Assembly: GCA_002633005.1 (NCBI GenBank)
Contig: NMRA01000708.1
Location: forward strand, 62,001-126,000
Length of the DNA stretch: 64,000 nucleotides
Direction: 5' to 3'
Source: Phoronis australis
Lineage: Eukaryota > Animalia > Phoronida
Both the position numbers and the translations under genes were made by a program. The notes beneath the pieces were generated by a model. That model saw only the letters and a list, made by a program, of their open reading frames with translations. It was not told where the DNA came from and did no database searches. The first letter of the stretch is position 1. Every line of letters begins with the position of its first letter. Of this stretch, positions 56,644 through 64,000 are shown in pieces.

Positions 56644-57789
56644 TCAAAATTTTGATACTTTTGTGTTCGATGTCAGTGACAGTCGTTTTGAACGGGCTAT
56701 TTCTCTATAACCCCGTAGTTTACATTTACACGAGATCTTAGTCAGTGATTTGAGTCTTTGTTTGAATCTGTCACGGAAATTCTTGCCTGTTATCAAATAG
56801 ATAAAGAAATTCACGGCATAGTGCGACAAGGATACCTCTTCGGCACATTTCAACAAGGTGTAATACGTGAAGTAACTTTGCCACATGGGGTCTGCCTTCA
56901 GTGCCTCTGCGTTCTCAAGTCCGTAGTTCATGTTGGCGTATATTCCTTCCATGCTATGGATCACGGTGACAGGAAGAACGGTAAAAATGGTGTAGAAGGA
57001 GACGGTTAGGAGCATCACGGTGGTTGTGTTCTGCGCCGTATTCAGCCCCGTCCTTTGTCCAACGGCGAGCGGACGCTGAGACACTCGGCATACCTCGACG
57101 ATGACGAAGACATTTAGAACAAGAACAGCAAGAGGAACAACGCCAAAGAAGAGCATACCAGAGGTCCACGTCCATACGGACCAAACAGACTGACCGTCTG
57201 CTTTGGCAAATTCGAGCCGTACCTCGCACGTTTTGACCTCGACGTTGAACTCCCAGAAGTATCCTTGCACGCAGCAGACCAACAAAGAGAACACGGACAA
57301 TCCGCAGATGACCATGCAGGCGCGCCACTTGGTGCAGAAGGTTTCCTTCTTAAACGGGTGACATACTGCGATGTATCGTTCCGTCGTGAAACCCAAAACT
57401 AACAGGATGGAAAGATACTGAGGCATCATGCAGATGACCATGTACATTTCGCATATTACCGGGGAGCTGATCACATCGACACCCCACGTGTACCGCAGCT
57501 CGATGGCAATGTGCGAAAGCAACAAGAACATATCCGAAAGCGACAGAGCAGCAAGATAGTAAGCAGATGAGTTGCTTTTGCGCATGCGCGCGCTCACCCA
57601 AATGATGAGCGACAACGCGTTACCTAGCGTCCCAACAACGTACCAGACCGGTGTCACTGCCTTGTTTATGAAGACGGCGAACGGCACGAACTCTTCGAAA
57701 ATCTCGTTGAGGCTGTTGTTCACAAAATATTGACTGACGAAGTAATCACTTGTTTCCATGTGAACCGGTGTGACATTTTCCGACGCCAT
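56644..57789 (-). CDS. Class A (rhodopsin-like) GPCR, FMRFamide/sex-peptide-receptor-like orphan, 381 aa, single coding exon
   Basis: Seven hydrophobic segments. GTLGN in TM1, YLAALSLSD in TM2, ERYIAVCHPF after TM3, HYAVNFFIY...FR at TM7/helix 8; N-terminal N-glycosylation sequons. Likely 5'-UTR intron acceptor (TTTTCTTTTCAG) ending at 57832. Confidence 0.9.
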   Translation of the reverse strand: MASENVTPVHMETSDYFVSQYFVNNSLNEIFEEFVPFAVFINKAVTPVWYVVGTLGNALSLIIWVSARMRKSNSSAYYLAALSLSDMFLLLSHIAIELRYTWGVDVISSPVICEMYMVICMMPQYLSILLVLGFTTERYIAVCHPFKKETFCTKWRACMVICGLSVFSLLVCCVQGYFWEFNVEVKTCEVRLEFAKADGQSVWSVWTWTSGMLFFGVVPLAVLVLNVFVIVEVCRVSQRPLAVGQRTGLNTAQNTTTVMLLTVSFYTIFTVLPVTVIHSMEGIYANMNYGLENAEALKADPMWQSYFTYYTLLKCAEEVSLSHYAVNFFIYLITGKNFRDRFKQRLKSLTKISCKCKLRGYREIARSKRLSLTSNTKVSKF

Positions 57790-60219
57790 TTTGAGACTTC
57801 TTATGGTCGTTTTTATTGACGTCAGAGGATGCTGAAAAGAAAAGTAAATGCATCACATGAAGAGAATCCTACGTTTAAAAGTTATCTTTGACGACCTATC
57901 GCTTTCTGTGCCTCTTTAAGTGGACTCCTTTTGGGGCGGAGTCTTCTCTTGGAGGGGCTGTCCGGGGCAATTACCCCTGTGTCACCCATATAAATTCAAT
58001 ACTGCCAACTGTTTATAAGGGGAAGTAGATGAAATTTCAAATTGACAGATGAATAACTCCTCATTCGGCCACCTACACAGTAAACAAATTGTCTTTAAGC
58101 CATCCATGTAAACATTAATAACAGTGCATCGCATAAACTTTGCATATATTGATCTCAAAGATTACAAGGAGAACAATCGAAAAGTTCATTAGTGAAATAA
58201 GTCTTGCTAATCAAACGAAAGCTCTAACGCATTAAACGGCGAATCAAAAACGTTTAATCTCTTTGTTCGTGATTCCCGACTAGTGGCCATCTAAAGAAAA
58301 GTTTAGTAATTAAATCTAACCGCTCTTTTAGCACGCCGAATGTTCACAATATATCCTCTGAATTGCGCTCAACTCAAATATAATGCACCGTCCAAATAAA
58401 ATCAAGCGAATTAAAAGTCCATCTTTCACGGAAGTAATTCTTTCTAGTTATGCTCCACTGAGATTTTGCAGCCGCCTCAGTGACTAAGTATTGTAATCTG
58501 ACGTCTGTCTTGTCGTATGCTCTGATATTCCAGTTGCAATGCTCAATCGACGAGAATACGGGTTTGAAATGACAACCTTAGCGGTCGTTGTCCGCCAATT
58601 TGCTTACAGCTTGGTCAAAGATACTACAGTAATTGACAGCGAAGAGAATTGGGGATTTGTAATAAAATCACAAGAAATGGATTTTTTGTCTTCTAGCTCT
58701 GGTCAAAGATAATAACTCGAAAACGTCTGTTCCATCTCCCAGTAATAACAGGATGCGTTTTGGCCTTCAGGCGTGTCCGTTTAATGCGCACTTTTAACTG
58801 GTTTTTGGTACCTCAAACTATATGAAGAAGCGTGGGAGTTACTTGTGCTGGACTCTGCCCGATTGACAAAATTTTCGGCCATGCAAATAAGCGAACTTTC
58901 GCTTATATTGCCACCATTTTACGCACAAACTGTCATCGAGTGTTCCTGGCATCACAATGCCACATACACATACGCATCTAAATTTGAGTATTAGAGACCA
59001 TGTATCTTTGCCCGACTATAGATGAACTCCAGGTCGCCACCAATTTCACCTCTCCCGTCCTCCAGTCGCCACCAGGTTTGCGTCCACCAGCCGCTACCAA
59101 GTACGTCCGGTCGCCACTCTCTCACCCCTGCTTGTGTATCTTTTCCGTATTTTCCAAATGGACACAGCGGCAAAATCTGGAGGGGGGGGGGGGGGNTGAT
59201 CAACAACGTAACTAGTTTAGTATGTGTGTTTGCGCTTTCATTCCGAGGCTACTAAGTGACATTTCATGAAACTCAGATTGATAAAACAACATCACAGTTG
59301 CTTGTGTGTCAATAATCATATCACTTTGCGAGGCTTGATTGCCAAAGAAAGGAAGTGGCTTAGTGACTTTCAAGTCGCCGAGTGCGTTGTTCGTTGAAAA
59401 ACAAAATCAAAGGAGCTTCTGCAATTAAAATTGTGTTCAAAACAGAACTAATAGTGTTTTTTTTTCTGAGGCACTGTAAGCAATCTGCTGACATTAGTGG
59501 ATCGCTTAAATGAGTTTTTGTAGAGAGATGTATTGCAAAAGGCCAGGTGTCAAACTGCCTTACGACATCTTCACTTTGGTGAGCCAGTGCCATCTCCGCG
59601 TGTCACTGCTCATCGAATCGTCTGAGAAACCCAAATCTCGAAAGGAATGCCGGGTTAAGGGGTATATACGTATCTCATTGCGTTAAGAAGAGAAAAGAAA
59701 GTGTTACTGTGAGTTTGGATTTATGCTTCCACCACCGAACGAGTACAAACGTCGCTGAATTCACAGAGATGAATCATTATTTTCTGTATGTTTCACGAAT
59801 GTTGGTAATTTGTCCCACTTTTCTCCGTTAAAAGGATACCAATCCCGGCTTTGGCCCATGAACAAATACTAAAAACGGGACTTTCCCCTCCAGTTCTCTT
59901 CAACAAAATAATGCTCTGCAACCCTAGACAACACTCAAATATTTCTAACAAAATTTGAAAATTCTTTTCAGAGTCTGTATAATGGGCAACCGTGACCTAC
60001 GCTTTTAGCGGAATATACGCCAACTGTGGGAAAAGACCATCCACCAAGGACAATAATGTCCAAGTTGTGAGACAGGGGGTATGAATTTTTAGTTGATTCT
60101 TGCTTTTATCTTTCAAGACTGGCGCCAATGATGCATTATTAGCACGTGACAGGATGAGGTTTAGTTGAAATCATCAAAACTCGGTTTAGTGTCCTCTTAA
60201 AGCGGTTATAAACCTGCCC

Positions 60220-60359
60220 TGAGTTCAGTAACGCTAGGACCTCGCTAAAAAGCAAGACTTCGTGAGATTACGTGATACATATATTGCGAGTATTGTAAAT
60301 GAGAACACGTGATTTTGGCTAGCGAGGTCCTAGCGCAGATCCTAACGTTGCTGGACTCA
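60220..60359. mobile_element. Short MITE-like element; interrupted second copy at 60890-61159
   Basis: Termini TGAGTTCAG / CTGGACTCA; inner inverted repeat GCTAGGACCTCGCTA / TAGCGAGGTCCTAGC. Confidence 0.6.
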
Positions 60360-60940
60360 ACCCGGCTTCCAAAAATACTTTTGATTTAGACCACTTGCCA
60401 TTATGAAATTGGTCTCAACTTGTTCCTAGTCAAGTTGGAAATGGTGTAAAGGCAACGAACTATCTGAGTTCGTTATTGCTTGAAAATGGTTTTAAATCAA
60501 CAAATCACGAACTGGTGATTGTTTGCAAACTCATGGTATAGCCTAGCTGTTCACTCAAAGCGCTTTAGGGCTTATATACATCACGCTCAATCGTCCGTGA
60601 AGTGTTTCCGAATGAGTCGTCAACTCAAGCCACCGGGAAAGTGTGCACGCGCCGTTTGGGAATTTTGAGACTGGCTAACCCCAATACAGAGTGAGAGAGA
60701 AGTACAGTCGCTGACGGTTTTGTTCATCTTTTTAGTAATAGAAGCAGAGTTCTATAACGACAACGATTATCGCGAGAACGATTTTATGATAGTAATAGGT
60801 TTGATTCCATTTTCGCTTTAGCCAATTAAACAAGGCAAAATGCAACCACCAACATGTATTAGAGGAAGTCAATAGCGACAAACAGGGTAGAGTTCAGCAA
60901 CACAAGGACCTCGATAAATGGCAAAACTTTGCGACACTAC

Positions 60941-61078
60941 CATGGACGGCGCACTAAGTGGCGGGGCAATATTCCCCAGCCCCCCTGTGGTGCACCGCCC
61001 ATAGACCATGGGATTCGCAGCACTGAAAAAGTGGGGGCTACACCCCTCCCCTAGCTCCCTATGGTGCGCAGGCCCATG
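60941..61078. mobile_element. MITE with 5-bp TSD nested in another MITE
   Basis: Termini CATGGACGGCGCAC / GTGCGCAGGCCCATG; ACTAC on both flanks. Confidence 0.65.
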
Positions 61079-62372
61079 ACTACGTGACATATTGTCGTGT
61101 ATTTCAAATGAGAATACGTGATTTTGGCTAGATTTTAGCGAGATCAGATTATAGCGTTCAGTAACATATCAGAAACGATTCCTGTAGAGAGCGTTCCGTA
61201 GACGCAAGACACTAGCGACACTTTTACTGCAAGAAATTTTCATTTATTGAACGAAAACAGTAAATTGTACCCTGTAATTCAAGTGTCCGTCCTTGGTGGT
61301 CAGTCCCTTCACAATTTCCGCCAATTTGCAAAGCGACGCTTGTAAAATTCCCGTCATTCTGCTTAAATATTTTGGTCTTTCACTGAGTTCGTTGTGTTTA
61401 CGGAACGCTCCTCAAGTGGAAAAAACAAAAAAATGGTTAGTACTCTAAACAATTAAGCCTCAATATATTTACGGGAGATAAATTAAGACAATTAAATGAC
61501 AATTAACGTTTATAGTGTTGAATAATTGCCATAATTACACGCGTTAAGTCTGTACTTATTTTTTGTATAAACGTTATCATAAAACGTGTTTATGTGTGCA
61601 CGAATATGCCATTAGCTTACAGGTCACTTCAATTTTAGAAACGGGGATTTTGCACGATGCGAGCGAAATCACCAAAGGTACCGGATTGATTTGATTTACT
61701 TTTACTATTCTCAAGTGACAGTAAAAATCGAAGAACTTATTTGGCTGTTATACACAAGTGATATGGCTAAAGCTGTTATTAGGCTGACAGTCACTTATTT
61801 TTTGCGTAAAATGAAAAGCAATCGTTTACCATGTCATTAGCCGTTCACTGTCATTGCTTACAAAACTAAGCACGATTTATAAATACATAAAAAACAACAT
61901 TTGTGGCAAGTAGTTGGAGTTTACTAACACAACACTGGGTGATTTTTACAACAATCCAATGGTGAACTTTTATGTACCTTTTGCAACCATTTGTACAAAA
62001 GTTTACTGGGCAATGTAAACGAAATACTTTACAGCTTTTCAACTTTGCGTGTTTATCTTTAACACACATATTTTGTTTGAGAAGCCACCTTTTACAAACT
62101 TTATGTACGAAGGTGTAGGAGGACTTTAAATTTTGCCATTTTCATTTTTGTGAAAGATCGCCTCTCATACACTTTTCGTGTTCTATAAAGGTCGTCTTAT
62201 GCAAATTATAAAGGTGAAGATGTCAGATAACTAACATTCAACTTTCAATGTTGTGAAAAGACATCTTTCATGGACTTTTTTATTTCAGAATGACCACCTT
62301 TTTCAATTCATTGATGAAGATTCGAAAGGAATTTTGTAAAGCTTATTAATTTTGCGAAAGATGATGTATAAC

Positions 62373-62436
62373 CAGTGGCGGATCTAGGGGGCAAGGGGGT
62401 CATGCCCTTCAACTCAAAATCCTGGATCCGCCCCTG
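62373..62436. mobile_element. Tiny hAT-like MITE (CAGTGGCGGATC...GATCCGCCCCTG), 5-bp TSD
   Basis: TIRs visible; ATAAC duplicated on both flanks. Confidence 0.7.
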
Positions 62437-62914
62437 ATAACGCATTTCTTTGCTCTAGAATGGACATTTTTTTGAATTCATTGACATGCAATAAGAGCCA
62501 TTTTACGTTTTTCTTAATTTTTGTGATTCTAATTGTCACCGTTTGGAATAATGAAACAACACTTTTGCACCTTTTAAATTTTGTGAAAAAAGCACACCTA
62601 TCACATACCTTTTTCAGAAGTTCATCCAATGCAATTTCAATAAGGTACAAAATGAACATTCACCTGTGAAATGCAAGACAGTGTTCTCTTTCGTTCCACT
62701 TTTTTTCGAAAAGACCATCAATTGCGAAAGGCGTACTTAAGATTCACCCTTCTGTCTTTTCAACATTTAACCAACGCTTTTTGCTTATTGTTATGTTTGC
62801 AATTAAAGCATGTATTTTCACAAAAGTCTCACAAGCATACACATATCGCTAATGAAATTTCACTAGCTATGCTCACATTTATCGCAACACCTAAAATCTA
62901 TCACCAGTCCATCA

Positions 62915-63077
62915 CAGTGGCGGAATAAATGGGGAGTAGGGGGGCGCAAGGGGGACATGCCCCCCAAATTCTCTCAGATTCCATTTGGCAATGTCGGGGT
63001 AGCGAATGTCTGACGGGCAAAATCCTGGTTAATACTCTGCCCTGCCCCCCTACCTCAAAATCCTGGATCCGCACCTG
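62915..63077. mobile_element. hAT-like MITE of the same family
   Basis: CAGTGGCGGA...AAAATCCTGGATCCGCACCTG; flanks CATCA/TATCA. Confidence 0.65.
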
Positions 63078-64000
63078 TATCAGTAATATTAGGTTATAAC
63101 ATGGAGCCCATAACTACAGCTTACCTGTGGTTCATATTTACACGTTCTGTGCATACTTGGCGAACATGATTTGCAAAAATGAGACACTAACACGACGAAT
63201 TCCGTTGGAAAACGTGAAGCGTGACCAAATAGTTGTTAATAATTCCTTTTCAAATATTCATAATTCATGTCACCGGTTACAACGACAGGAGCCTAAAGAT
63301 CCACGACAACCCCAGCAGTAGAATGTTCGTACAAAGAGCTAAATGTCCCGATGAATATGAAAAGTATTTCAAACGTTGCATTACTTGCAACAGGCTACAT
63401 GAAATTATTTAAATGATAATATACATGGTGTGTATCCGTTTCCGCGAAATGAGGTCAAGTACGATCAGAAGTACCATCAAAGAATAAGTATCGGGAAATG
63501 CACACACGGTAATAGTTCACAAACATTGCCTTGATACGATGTCCCCATGCGGCCAGCTAGGGTCCATTCGCATAATAGATAGTCAACGTTTCAAGCACTA
63601 CACTTTGAAGAAGTCAAGTGCCACTTTTTCTCATTGTTTACTCTCAAGCCTTGCTATCATTTTCTGTAATATTGTCAAGCTTCATTTTTAAAATTCTTTC
63701 GGTTCCCCAAAAGGGATGATGCCAGTGGGGTCGGTGAAAATCATTTTTTGCATTCTACGAGAAGTTGAGCGGAGATTGTCCACCTTTTCACATGCTGTCA
63801 GGATATTCATTCCTCGCTTTGTTTTCAGTGTTATTACTAATTCGATACAGGTAGATGTAATAATTTAAAAGACAATGCTGATTTGACTTTTGAGCAGTTG
63901 TGTTTTAATAAAAAATAAAGAGCCGGTCAAAAGTAAACGGTGGAGGACCCTTTCAGTAGATACAAGCTAACCAAACTAAAAACCTGAATCCGTTACGTTT

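Noticed and set aside
59020-59200. Repeated GTCGCCAC motifs and overlapping short ORFs
   Set aside because: Short, ends in a G-run at an N join, and has no interpretable structure.

Overview
Eukaryotic, intron-rich, AT-rich animal genomic DNA, probably a marine invertebrate (inferred from the repeat types and GPCR family; not provable here). It has three single-N assembly joins, at 30644, 42523 and 59196. Four protein-coding genes were reconstructed by hand with GT-AG introns and consistent phases: ADAL/MAPDA (+, 9 exons, 28-9603), USP3 (-, 13 exons, 13130-29429), mitochondrial Lon protease LONP1 (+, 19 exons, 32979-52593; exons 8-11 occur twice across an N join) and an intronless class A peptide-type GPCR (-, 56644-57789). 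The best non-coding signal is a family of four paralogous box C/D snoRNAs, one per intron, sense-oriented in USP3 introns 8, 10, 11 and 12, sharing an invariant D'-box guide. Also notable: a possible fifth atypical C/D RNA in intron 9, a complete miniature LTR retroelement with tRNA-like LTRs (Helenus-like TRIM) in ADAL intron 1, a tandem repeat that multiplies a USP3 splice donor, and many MITEs, SINEs and minisatellites.
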